From assembly GCF_024521635.1 (NCBI RefSeq), contig NW_026250404.1:2108001-2172000 (forward strand): 64,000 bases of DNA. The letters are read 5' to 3'. The notes under the pieces were generated by a model. That model was given only the letters and a program-made list of their open reading frames with translations. It ran no database searches and was not told the origin of the DNA. Of this stretch, positions 36,561 to 49,306 are shown in pieces (position 1 is the first letter of the stretch; every line of letters starts with the position of its first letter). Made by a program: the position numbers and the translations under genes. Source of the DNA: Tricharina praecox. Taxonomy: Eukaryota.

Positions 36561-38685
36561 ATGTCCCGGCCACCGCTCGCGCCCGCCAGCAGCACGCACA
36601 GCTACTACCGGCACTTCCCGTCGTTCAACTTCCAGGACCTCGACGACACGGACGCGTACCGCACGTGCGAGAGCGCGCTGAAATCTCGCAGCACCAAGAA
36701 CTTCATCGCAGACTTTGGCGGCGCCGCGGTTGATGGCGGCGAGGCGTGGTGCGCGCTGAATGTTGTGGGCGTTACCGGAGTGCGCGCGCTGCTAGAGCAG
36801 CGGAGGCAGGTTGCGTTGAGGACGAGGTGGATGTGGGTTGTCTTGAATCTTCCCGGCGAGGGGCGGGGCGTGGCGGGGGGCTGATGAGGGTGTGTGCGCG
36901 GCAGAAATATCTTCGATCCTTACGGCCAGGCCGAGCTCGTCAACGCCATCACGGAGTACTACGGGTTCTCGCCGCGGCTGAGCAAAGTGATCACTACGCC
37001 GCCGGTATCGCGGCGGCGGCCGGCGCCGTCGTCGATTCGCCCGCCGTCGCGCATGCGTGATCGGTTCCTGGGCCGCACGTCGGGGAGCAGTGGGCTCGAG
37101 GATATGGTTAGGGATCTGGAACAGCAGCAGCAAAACCAGCAGGAAACGCCGCATTCGATGTATCTACAGCCGAATACGAATCAGCCCCTACATGTCGGTG
37201 ATGGCCTCGAAATGGTCGAGATGGAAAACGCGGCGAGTCCGGCTGCGCCGAAAATGAACTATATGAATCTGGTGCAGAATGTTTGGCATTTTCATGCGGT
37301 CGAGTGGGGCGGGAGGTGTAAGTTGTCTATTGTTGGCGGAAGGGAAGTGGGGAGGGGGTAGTGATGCTGATAATATGTGTGCTGTAGTTATTTGCATAGG
37401 GTTCAATCACCATCATAAGACGTCACCGGAGACGTGGGATAGAAAGCAGAAATCGGGAGAAGAGCTGGACGAAGATGGGGAAGAGCCTTTCGATACGGGC
37501 GACTACAATCCCGAGGGAAAACGTCTCTGGAGCTGGCTCGTCCTTTGCGACGACGGTATTTGTTCTCCCTCTCCACTGAAACTGCAATACACTGATATGA
37601 AAACTTTTATAGGAACCGTGATCTCAATCCATGAGCCTCTGGACACAATCTCGAAACCGGAGGACATCCTCACCATTCGCCGCAACATGCTGACAGTCTT
37701 CCGTTCGCTCTCACTCTCCCCCGCGGCGAAAACCGTGCGCGCAAACGCATCGACAGTAGCCCTCGGCAGCGGCCTCGACGACCTCCCATTCCGGCGACAG
37801 CAACCCCGGAGCGAAAACGTCTACGGCGGCCCGTCCCTCCTCCTGTACTACCTCTTCGACGACTGGCACTCGTCCTACGAGTTCGTTCTCGGCCGCGGGG
37901 CGCCATACAGCACGCAGATGCGCAACCTGCGCAACCAAATGCACAAAGACCCACAACTCTCGCACCTCTCCCAGCTCCACCGGCTATCCCGACAGCTCGC
38001 CATGCTGAAGCGCATGTACGAGACCAAAAAGATAATCGTGGACAACATCCTCCACCGACAAGAAAACAGCGCGAGCAAGCACAGGCCCCTCACGCCGACC
38101 TCTGCCACTGGGTGGTCCGAAGCCGACCCACACGATCCCAACCAGATGATGGCCAAGACCATGGGCGACTCGGACATCCTGGGGGTGCCGTTGCAGCCGC
38201 TCGCAGTAGCGCGTTTCGAGCGGCTGCGCGACCGCATCAAGCTCTACGTGCTCGGCGAGCTCGAGGCGCTGCTCGCCGAAAAGGCAGAGCTCGAAACACT
38301 CACGTTCAACCTCATCTCGCTGAAGCAGTCGACAACCGTCGAGCTGCTCACGCGCGTCACTATCTGGTTCGCCGGGTTCACGTTCGTGTTCCTCCCGCTG
38401 ACACTGGTCACGGGGTACTTCTCTATGCAGCTCGTCGATACGCAGAATAAGTACGGACAGCGGACGTTCTGGGGTTCCGCCGGTGTCACGATGGCACTGA
38501 CGATTATCGTGCTGTATACCGTCGGTAAGAGCACGGGTACCATGGAGTTCGATTCGATGTGGCGCGGCGTCAAGAAGGTCTGGTTTAGTTGGCTAGAGAA
38601 GAATAGAGATAGGAAGAGGAGGAAGGGATCGCAGCAGCAGCAGCAGCAGCAAAGGCCTGCGGTGGTCGTGGCGAAGGTGGAGTGA
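36561..38685 (+). CDS. Fungal CorA-like membrane protein; 4 exons
   Basis: KNFIADFG, TRW/INIF, YYGFSPRL, LLLYYLFDDW and RFERLRDRI motifs; two C-terminal TM helices with FLPLTLVTGYFSMQ at the CorA signature position. Confidence 0.8.
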
Positions 38686-40506
38686 TTACTGGTGAGTGAG
38701 AGGTGCATGCAGCATACATACAAGAGGAGTTATAACTTTTGGAGCGATTTCTTGGATGAGATACCTACTTTTTTGGATGAGTAATGCATAGTGTAAATCG
38801 AGTACTTTCAAGACGGGGACGAGTTTTCAATGGTGTGCGGGCGGGTCAGTCTACTTGGGTCTGGGTCTGGGGGATGAGGAAGATATCATAGAGAGTTTTG
38901 GACGGCTGGGTGGAGGCTAGAGTACCTAATTTGCAGGATGTATGGTGTATCTGCCCGTCTTTTGTACCTGCATAGATCATTCCTGGTTCAACTATTTCAC
39001 TTTTGGGAAGCAACGGTACCGAAGAGAGCTGGATAGGTACCTGTACACCTGCACAAGCTACTGGCACCTAGCCCATGCCGTATCCCAGGGATTCCATGTG
39101 GCGAGTCCAAACGTCTATCAGCATAGTATCAATCGTCTCGCTACCATAAGCTTGAGTATCTTTGAAACGGGCATCTAACTGGATTTGAAACCGGTAACCA
39201 GTCGTTCAAGGTTTGTCCGTTCTGAGTTCTGACAGCCTGCAGCTGCTAGCTGCCAGAGGAGTGCTGAGCCGTGGTTCCCACTGTCTCGGGACCTTGACCT
39301 TGGCTCTGGAAACCGGAGGAGCCGTCGGGTACTCCATGATCCACCTTTGCCGAATCCACCTCTCCCGAATCCACTTTCCCATCCGGAAACCACACCCACG
39401 GCGCACGCAACGCTTTCTTTCCTTCCTTCTTTCTTCGGCTCCACCTTACACTCCACATCTCAAGGGGGCTCTTGGCAGGCCCCACCGCCACCCAGCCACC
39501 CCCGGCCACCCCGCGGCCAAGGAACGCTATCAACGCACTTGCTTGAATTTCTTCAGACTTCGAGGCCGAGTATGTAGTAGAGCAGCAGCGCAGTAGAGAG
39601 GACGGGGATGAGCCTTAGGATACGATACCTACGGTGCAGGACGTATCTATGGTTACCGGTGAGCTCGGTATTGGTGGCTAAGTGGGATTACTATATTATT
39701 GCTCTGCTCCTTCCTCCTGGGTAGAGTATATATCACGGATAGAGCCGACCCAAGTTGTTTCACCAGTTCTTCACCGCAATAGGTATTGGATACTTTTATG
39801 TAATCTATCAGCTTCATCGCCAGCCGCGTGGGCGATGTGCATCTGCATTATGTTAGCACATGCACTGGCCTAATGTGCTGGCAGCTGGAGTCCGTGGGCA
39901 CTGGGCACTGCAGCCACACGACAAACGTGGGTGAAGGGTCGCATATCTACTTCGATATGTACATACGCAAGTGCCAATAGTTAGCCATCGAGAGACGACA
40001 GAAAACTGGTGTTCCCCTGCAACAGTGCATGCGACAGTATTTCATGGCTCAAATCCTGTGCCCCTGGCCCCCTAACTCGGGATGGGAACAATGACAAATC
40101 TGCTGCATCTTCCTCTGCACGGGCCCTGGGGTGGCTTCACAAGTTTATAGATTCGCCTCCATAGCCAGACGGGGCGTAACTAGATCTGACTGGGAGGAGA
40201 GTTTATGGGCGGGGGCGGGGGACGATCTCCAACACATCTGGGGGGTCTGGGGTCTGGCTCTTGGATCGGGGTCTCGTCCCGTCGCCCGTCGCCCTTTAAC
40301 TTAATCCTTTCGGTTCCCCAGATCATAGTTATCCGTCCCGTCAACGGTCCAGGGGATTAACTGGCAAGTCAAGTCAATACCTACCTGGGTACCTACATCT
40401 CGACTGCTCCCGCCGAGTCGCCGACGCATCTCCACTAACCATAGTACCGGTACCGTCGCACCGAGATTAGATGTCAACATCGCATCGCCCCCCACCCATA
40501 GCTGCC

Positions 40507-42127
40507 ATGGGGCAGTTCAACGGGCCCGCCGGCATGGATATGGCTAATCTCCCGCATGACGATGTTTCGCAAGCACTCACCATCACATCCGGCGTTCTAT
40601 CCGTGCTGGCGGTGCTGCTGGTCGCCGGGAGGGTCTACGGAAGGGCGGTGCTGTTGCGGATCTTCTGGTGGGATGATTTCTGCATGCTCGTGGCTACGGT
40701 AGGTACGGATGCACACTAATTGGAACCAATGGCGGCGAGGGACGGTGGCTTCTCGTGTGACGTGCAATCCCTGGCCTTCACTCGGACCGAAGTGAAAAAT
40801 GCTTGGGGGTTTTGGTTTTCGAGGGTTGGAACTTGAGTGAAATGATGTTTATGGACGGACCAACGGGCTGACTGATACTGTCTGGAGTATTAGCTGGTTG
40901 CTGTTACGATGACTGCCTGCGCGTTCAGAGGTGCCTCTTTCGGGGTGGGGAAACATATGTGGGACTTTGATGGTGACCGAAGTAGGACCAAGATCTTTAA
41001 AGTACGCCGCACCCCACCCGCCCCCGCCCCCACTGGCTGACGATGTTTTAATGTGTGGACGTTCATTTGCAGCTTACCTACGCCTTCACGGCACTCTACG
41101 TCGTGACGCTCGGCTTCTCTCGGGCATCCATCCTACTACAGATCACGCGGCTCGTACCGATGTCGCGAATGCGGCTTGTCATCTGGTGCATCTTCGGCTT
41201 CTCGGTATCTTTCTCGATCGCCGTCTTCTTCGCCAGCGTCTTCGTGTGCTGGCCGATCACATATGCCTGGGCGCCTCCTGCCGCCCGCGGGGACCGCTGC
41301 GTGAACTTTCCCTTGCTGCAGATGGTTATGGCCGTCGTTAGCATCCTTGTGGATGTCGTTGTATGGTTGGCTCCACTGAGGTTGATCTGGATGATACGTT
41401 TGCCGGTGAGAAGGCAGAAGGTCGGGCTCGTGATCGTGTTCATGATTGGCGGACTGTGGGTTTGGCCTGAACTCTTGCATGCGAAGATGGACGTGGTTCG
41501 GGATTACTGACTGACGGTGTCGGATGTGCATAGTGTCTGGATCGCTGCCATCACCCGCCTAGCATACGGCTCCAGGGCTAGGAATCTGCTGGCTTACAGG
41601 CACGATTCATCATGTCAGTTTCCCGTCGCTATGATCAGCCACATGAAACCCGCGGCTGACAATCTTGATATCCAGACCACACGGCAATAATGTTCATGTG
41701 GTCCAACATCGAAGCGCACGTCGCGATCACCTGCAGCACGATACCGACTCTGCGGCCGATAATCCGGCGCTTCTTCCCGAACATCCTCGGCGCGAGCTCC
41801 CACTCGAACAGCAATGTCAGCGCCGCTATCCGCAACTCCCGCATCCAACTGCGAAGATCCTCCGCCATCATGGATAACCGCCGAAGTCCCATCATAGAGT
41901 CCGAATACGAGTCGACCGAGGAAATTGTCCCCGCGAAGCCAGCAAAAACGAGCATTAGCGACGGCGACGGCGGCGGGCGGAGCCAGAGTTCAACAGATTC
42001 CGAATTTCCGTCGGAACAGCATACCCCACCCTCCCCCCCTCCTCACAGCATCCCGCAAGATGCGCCCGGGGTTTGTAGGAGTACAGAAACGGGTTACAAT
42101 TTTAAGAGAAGGCTCGAAGAGGCATGA
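40507..42127 (+). CDS. PTH11-like (fungal rhodopsin-domain) 7-TM protein without CFEM; 5 exons
   Basis: R.YGR..LLRIFWWDD, GVGKHMWD, R.SILL..RL, C.PI..W, D..V...PL..IW.I.LP..QK.GL, WSNIEAHVAITC.TIP.LRP. Confidence 0.9.
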
Positions 42128-43319
42128 AGTGATGGGCGATTGATGTTTGTTTTTAGTTTTATTTAGAGGATGTAACACATGGTGTTGGGAACGGCGTTTT
42201 GGTTTGGGGGCGCTATATATGTATGGGCTGTACGCTGTATTTATATAATACCTAATGATCTTGCTTTCTCGACCGCATCAAGTAAAAGCTCGGGCCGCCA
42301 TGTGCCCGAAACGTCCCTTTCAAACCTGCCGCACTCCCCGGCATCCCGGCGCCGTTGGACGATACGGTACGGTACAGTGGTATACAACCAGGGCTGATCG
42401 GTATGGAGGCAGTACCAGAGCCAGGCGGCAGTAGAATGGTTGGAGGCAATCCGAAAACAGCGGAATCTTTGCGGCCAAAAAATCATTATACTGAGAAAAG
42501 TAATGCGCATTGCCACGTCGGTACCGATAGATGTGAATCATCCTGTTATTTGATTTTGGTCGCGCTATGGCAGCATGCTGGTATTTAAATGAATGCTGGC
42601 TTTCAAATGAATGCGTCTTTGCACAACTCTCATAGTAGTACCGGGGTGAATGCCGATTTTATATCACTACGGACCGGTTTGTATGCAGTAATCCAGTGTC
42701 TCGCATTGAACTTCTATCTAGTATTCTATCTACTTCCTTCACTATTTAATATTCTTTCTAGCCTGTGCCAAGTGGATGTATTGCGCCGAGGGGAATGGAA
42801 AATAGAGTTGCTGCTAGAAAAGCTATGAAAGAGAAGCATCAGCGAGAGCAGCAGTGGTGGCGGAAGGGGGAATAGCAATTGTGGCGGGAGGGGGAATAGT
42901 AGTGGCGGCGAAGAGAGCTATAAGATGGAGGTGCTATTAGCGGCAGTAGTAGTTGTGGGGGAGGGGTGAGTACCAATTGCGGCGGGAGTAGAGTGGGTCC
43001 AGCAGGACTAGAAGCACGGAAATTAGCAGGATTAGAAGCAATAGGGAGGGGAATATTCACAGCGCAGCCAGTACTGCTCCACAGCAGCGAGAGGGCCATC
43101 TCTAGCCTCTAGGGCAAATCCAGTGCTGCATCCGCAACGAGTATTAGCAGTAGGAAGGAGACGGTACTCACAGTGTAGCTAGCGCTCTATCCGCGGCGGG
43201 TCCAGCGGGACTCGAAGCACGGTAATTAGCAGGGCAAATAGCAACAGTAGAGAGGGGGGGGGGAGGAGAGGGGGAAGAGGGAGGGGGTATTCACTACCCA
43301 GTCAATGCTGCATCCGCGG

Positions 43320-43700
43320 CGGGTTGTGGTGGAGCTGTCAGCGAGAGGAGGAGCTAACAGTGAGGATAAGGAGCTGTCAGTGAGGCTGAGGAGCTGTTAG
43401 CGAGATGGAGGAGCTGTCAGTGAGACGGACTTGTCACCGTGAGGAAGTGATGGAGGAGCTGTCTGTGAGGGGGGGCGTGATGGAGGAGCTGTCTGTGAGG
43501 CGGACTTGTCACCGTGAGGAAGTGATGGAGGAGCTGTTAGCGAGATGGAGGAGCTGTCAGTGAGATGGAGGAGCTGTCAGTGAGATGGAGGAGCTGTCAG
43601 CGAGATGGAGGAGTTGTCAGTGAAGGGAAGGTGAGGGAGGGGTGGTGTGAGAGGAGGAGTTATCATCGTGAGGAAGTGATGGAGTAGCTGTCCGTGGCAT
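43320..43700 (+). repeat. Minisatellite array, ~20 bp unit GATGGAGGAGCTGTCAGTGA
   Basis: Near-perfect tandem units at 43520-43625 with degenerate flanking units. Confidence 0.9.
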
Positions 43701-44489
43701 GATCGGTGACTCCTGTATGTAGCAGTAGGAGGAGACGGTATCCTAATTCTATGCAGCAGTTATCATACCCGAGCATTTGCCTTTATGTTGGTAATCGTCA
43801 AGAATGCTGTAACCATTCGTACGGTGCCGTACCTATCACATAGAGGCACGCAACAAAGTCACCAAGATTATGTCGTCCTTATCATAAGGGAGGTATTCAG
43901 ATAATTTTTATATAAGCCAGTCATAAGCACGTGCAACCCCGTAAGGTTTCTGTAAGGGGAATGCCAAAATAAGGCATATGTTCCCATAACCCTAGAATTC
44001 TCATGGCTCCTACATATTGCCGGCCCAACAGAAACCACCGTTCATAAATCAGCCTTCTCACCTTGTGAGACTTAGGCCATCCTAAGGGATATGTAGTCAG
44101 TGTTGACATGCACAGCCCTGACGTATGATAATGACTGTGAGACTAGGTAGCAGGTTTTGGGAAGCATTATAAGATATCTCAGCCTGATCCAAGAAAATCC
44201 TTTGAGCGCCACACGCTGGATTTCTTCACAAGTAAGATATAAGCGTTCGATGAGGCTTATTAGAAACTATGGGTTCTACTGCCTTTGCGGATCCATAGCG
44301 CATATGCGAAGATCAGACTGCTTGACACGAAAATCATTACATCGGCCTTATGTTCATCTAGCACTGGCACTTCGAGTCAGTAGTAAGGGATGTCATTCCC
44401 AGTGCACTGAGTCTACTCCGAAATTTTTTATGCCGTCGACCCCCCACAACCCTCCCCACTACACTACCTACACTACAACTCCTCCTCCC

Positions 44490-45260
44490 GCCGGCAGCTC
44501 CCCCCATTACTTCTTCATCTCACTGACAACTCCTCGCAGATAGTTCCCCCATCACTCCCCCATCACTCCCCCATCAATCCCTCATCTCGCTGACTACCCT
44601 CCTCCCACAGACAGCTCCCCCATCACTTCCTCATCTCGCTGACAGCTACTCCTCTTGCTGACAGCTCCCCCATAACTTCCTCATCTCACTGACAACTCCT
44701 CGCAGACAGCTCCTTTTCTTGCCAACGGCTTCTCAATAACTTTCACCTCTCTCTGATATCCTTCCTCTCGCCTACTATAGATTCTCCATCACTTCCTTCA
44801 CTTTAGGTACTACTAACTCGCTGCACCTCCAGTGCTGTATCCGCGGCGAGGAGCAGTAGGGGGAGACAGTTTTGCAGACAGCTCTTTTGCTAACACCTCA
44901 CTAGGCCAGTGGTGGGTCGAAGAGAGAGCACACACAGAAGAAAGAGGAGGTAGAGGTTGATTGTGTATTCGGTGGAGGACTCTGATGAGATAGAGGGGCC
45001 TCTCGGACAGCTCTTCCATCACTTCTTCCTCCATCCTCTACTCCATTACTTCCTGCTCTCGCTGGAATCTCTTCTTGCCAACAGCTCCTCCACTCGCTGA
45101 TAGCCCATCCATCATTTTCTCCTCTTCCTCTCCTTGCCAACAGCTTCCATTTTCGCTGACAGCTTCTTAAGTTCGCTCCCTCCCCGCTGGCTGCCCTTGC
45201 AATTTACACTAATTACATTCATTTCCTCTCGCCGACAGCTCCTCCATCGCTCCTCCACAA
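44490..45260 (-). repeat. Degenerate array of the same unit in the opposite orientation (TCRCTGACAGCTCCTCCATC)
   Basis: Examples: catctcactgacaactcctc, catctcgctgacagctactc, ctcgccgacagctcctccatc. Confidence 0.8.
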
Positions 45261-46396
45261 CAGTATCCGCGGTGGGGCCACTGGTGGAGTGGGTAGTACA
45301 ACCGTTGTGAATCTATGCACATCACAGCGTTAGGTAGGCTGGTGAGTGAGGGACGGTATGGGAACGGGGCGGGGGACTGGAGGGCGGGGGCGGGGAAGGA
45401 GAGTAGTTTAGGTATATAATGGTACAGAATAAAAGCATCAATAAGTGATAGGCATCTCCAAGTGAAGAGGCTTGTGGTGGAAGAAGTCATCATGTACTGC
45501 TTAGGAGTTCAAGAATCCTTATGAGCGTATAAGCCTTACTATCCCTTATTTATTGAAATGACTTATGGCATCCTTATAGAGCCTTATGAGCTCACAAGGT
45601 TTGCGGTGAGTAAGCCTTGCAGAAAGCTTTGGAGTCGCGAATCATTTTCACAGCGCCCGGATTGAGGAAGGATTATTCAACAAAATGCCCTGGAATCTGA
45701 AAACCCTGACCAAGCATTTTTTTTTACGAATAGGCTTATTGAGAATTTATACAAATATAAGTATAAATATTTTCATGCGGGTTGTGTCAAAATCGTGCCC
45801 ATACCAGGCTGCCACAAGCTTGATGACTTTATTGCCTGGCTCTATATAGTAATACCTAGTATGTTGAGAAAACGGCATTCAAAAGAATGCCGCAGGTAAT
45901 TTCGCTACCTAGTATTATGATAGCCATCGCACTACAGAGGGTAAATGATTACGTATTAAAAGCATCGGAAATATTTAAAAAATATTAAATACGTCGAATG
46001 ACGGTACTGGCATCGCGCATCCCGCCTGCAAATGCAGTATTTAGATAAGCTCCCGTATACATACGATCGGGCATTTGCCATGAGCATTGCAGACAAATGG
46101 GCATTGTAAAACCGGTACATAGTGTTACAACTACGACAGCGTGACAGGCTTTCGGGCACGACGCATTCATATGAATCTGCATTACATTGGGTGCTAAATT
46201 CTAGCACGGTACTGAAGCAACATGGAAATTGCATAATTCAAGTTGCACTCTGGTCCCGAAAAGCCTATATTTTTTACTACTCTATGTACTCCGATAGAGT
46301 ATTTAGGGGGCCCCATTTGGCATGTTTGGCGGATTGGGCCCTGATGCGGATCGCAGATTCGGAACAACTGCGAACCAGTCCCAGCTCGCCCATTTC

Positions 46397-48079
46397 TCAA
46401 TTCCACCCAAACATCCCAGACGTTTCGAACCACCAAGTCGGCGACCCAACCTCCGCCGCCTCCCCCTCCCTATCCAACCCCATCGCCCGCCACCGCGCTC
46501 TAACAACGCCAGGCGACCTCCCCGCACATGCGCATATCGCGTCTCGTACGAGCATGTAGTACCGGTCCCACTCGTCGGTGAACTTGACGAGGCCCGAGTG
46601 ATCTCTGTCGATCCCCATTTGCTGGCACGTGGGGCTGCGCACAAGGCCGTACGTGGCGGACTCCTGCGACACCAGAAGGATCCCGTGGTCGCCGCGTGCC
46701 CAGGTCCCGTCGGGTTGGACCTTCGAGAGTGTGTGTTAGTGCACGGTGATCCAGCAGGCTCGCACACCGGATAAGTTTGGCCTACGATGACGGCGCCGGT
46801 GTATCTCAGCTCATAAAATGACTGGACATGGCAATCGTTGAGCGAGAGCCCCCGCGAGAACTGTGTGCATATGTGCCTCAGCAGGTGCGAGCCCACCCCC
46901 AGCTCGTCGATGAACCGGGCGTTCTTTGCGTCCTTGACTAGCGTCATCAGGTTCGTCACGTCGAGCCCGCAGTTGGGCACGCCGAAGAAGAACAGGCCCG
47001 TCACTGCGTTGAGGATGGTGCGTTCGTCTTGGTCTCCTCTCAGTGCACTCACGAGGGCCTAGGATTCGAGCGGTGAATACAGGATATGGAGTGACACGCT
47101 GAAGTGGGCGTGCTTACTTGTTTGACGACTAGGCCGCCGAGACTGTGCGCAATGAAAATTATTGGACGGTGCCTTTCCTACATGCGGCCAGCTGTTAAAC
47201 TGAGTTCTCATAGGATTTACTCAAGAGTTCCTTGTCTGTCCTGGCCCTGGTGGCTCACATCCTTCTCACGGCAGTGAACTGAAGCAGGCTCAATATGGGT
47301 GTACTCGCCGCCTCTTACCGATCCAGCACCAACCCTACATACGATAATTGGAGGGAAAAAAACCTGTACCTTTTTGCTCGTACGGGCACCATTAATCTCC
47401 ACCAGAAGGCTTTTGGCAAAATCACAAATCCCCGCCGACGAGTCACTATCCTGCAGGCTACAGTCGTAGCCATACGTCAGAATCCTGACTTTATGACCGA
47501 GTCGTTCCATATCCGGCGGCAGAAAGTCTCGCAGCCACATCTGGTTCTGCATTCGTGATCTCCAAGAGCCGTAGGCGTGGCCCGCGAGACCGGTGACCGC
47601 GATTATGCTGCGCCACAAGTCAACACCTCGATGCATGTCATTCGTGGGGGAATGGGTGCATACTCAACCTCCGCCCCATCCTCAGCGCAATACAAGGACG
47701 TCATCCCAAAGAAATCACAATCCACCACGAGTTTCCCCATTCCCTCCACAATGAAGTAAGCCCTTTTCCGCGGCTTACATGTGTCGAACGGCGGCGGAAC
47801 TGATTCCTCGAACGTTACAGTCGCAGTTTTGTAGCCGTTCCCGGAGTCGCCCAGCGACAGTGTGAACTCATGGTCCTTAATGAGCTGGCTAAATCCGGCT
47901 CGGAAGTCGTCGGTGGTTGTTGAGAATGGGATCCCGGATATGCGGTAGGTTCGGCCGCCTCGTGGGAGTTTGGAGGTGGGTGGGGGACTGGGCGGGGGAC
48001 TGGGCGGGGGACTGGGCGGCGGACTGGGCGGGGGACTGGGCGGGGGACTGGGCGGCGGGCTGGGCGGGGGAGTAGCCAT
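46397..48079 (-). CDS. SesB/DUF676/SERAC1-like alpha/beta-hydrolase with N-terminal (PPPS)n and a putative RRM-like module; 5 exons
   Basis: Spliced: ..DCDFFGMTSLY..VDIIAVTGLAGHAYGSW..MWLRDFLP..RILTYGYD..RPIIFIAHSLGGLVVKQAL..FFGVPN.G..SFYE..DHSGLVKF. Confidence 0.88.
47983..48072 (-). repeat. Coding 12-bp tandem repeat encoding (PPPS)n
   Basis: (gggactgggcgg)n on the plus strand. Confidence 0.9.
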
Positions 48080-48965
48080 GGAGTTAAGTACAAACTCGAA
48101 ATATCTATCGTAAATGCGTCGTATAACTACTCGAGTAATAACTATCGTTCAACCTCCGGGAATGACGCCGCTTAAAAACACTGTGAGGTCCCTCCATGAG
48201 ACCATGCACTAACCCTTACCGTTATATGGCGCTTATTGAAGCAGATGGCGGCCAGGGGGTGGCGGGTGCGTTATATAGACGCTCCTCTAATTATGGATTG
48301 CTCTAGAGTAGCGATATCGTAGGCTAAGGCTCTAAGGGATCAACACGAGAAGAATACCTATCGGCGGGCCTGTATATGGCGATAATTGTACTCTACTGGT
48401 ATGTACTCTACCCTCTAGGAAGAGAGGAATCTGGTGGGAAAAGGAAATACCTAGTGCGAGGAGAGCAGAGGCTCACGGAGGGGATCATACCTCTCTGTAC
48501 TATTTAGGATAACTACACCCTGGAATCCAGTGGAATGGTTGTACCTATCGCAATGCCGTGGACCGAGCCAGTAAATGGCATAGGATCGGCCCGGGCTTTT
48601 TTGTTTATATATCTACAGGCTACGCTGGGACCGGAGAAACTGCACTGGGTAATTTTGAGCAAGGAACAACTTTATTCACAGATGATAGCACTCGGAACCT
48701 GGAAGAGAAGAAGAATAAGAAGAAGAAGAAGTAGTGATTAAGCCTAATCTACCATCTACAATCTAGCCACCAGTCATGATATATACAGCGTGCCCCCTCA
48801 AGTTCCGCCAGAGGCCGAGCAAAAATCCGAATCGAAAAACGAAAACTCCGTCCAAGTTCCAACTCGCAAACCAAAAAAAGACCAAAAAAAGACCGAGTGT
48901 GCTAATACTCCAGCTCCCTCAGCGCGCGCAGCCACATGGGCGTCTCCGCTTCGTGATGATACCGC

Positions 48966-49306
48966 TCAGTACTTCTGAGAAACTTTCTGCCAGCCAGTAA
49001 TCAGCCCAGCTCTCTCCATAATCCCAGCTCTCTCCATAATCCCAGCTCTCTCCATAATCCCAGCTCTCTCCATAATCCCAGCTCTCTCCATAATCCCGGG
49101 GAGGGGAGGGGGAAGCTCACCACAGCCTGGGCTAATATGTACGTCACAATACTAGCGCTGGTGATTGTTCCTATCCAAGCGAAGCCGGGCGAGGCGTGGC
49201 GCGCGCCGTCGCCGGGCGCGATGAAGATCGTGCGGCGGCGAGCGGGCTGCACGAGTGTGCGCCTGGCGGCGGACGGCGCGGCGCGCAGGAGCGGGCGGGA
49301 AAACAT
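48966..49306 (-). CDS. Putative 68-aa mitochondrial single-TM microprotein; 2 exons
   Basis: Exon 49306-49121, intron 49120-48987 (GTGAGC..gctgat..GCAG), exon 48986-48966. Product: MFSRPLLRAAPSAARRTLVQPARRRTIFIAPGDGARHASPGFAWIGTITSASIVTYILAQAVKVSQKY*. Confidence 0.65.
49005..49094. repeat. Five perfect 18-bp tandem repeats (cccagctctctccataat) within the predicted intron
   Basis: Direct reading. Confidence 0.97.

Noticed and set aside
43320..43700. Repeat arrays here and at 49005-49094 considered as CRISPR-like
   Set aside because: Eukaryotic context, tandem units without unique spacers, and no cas genes.
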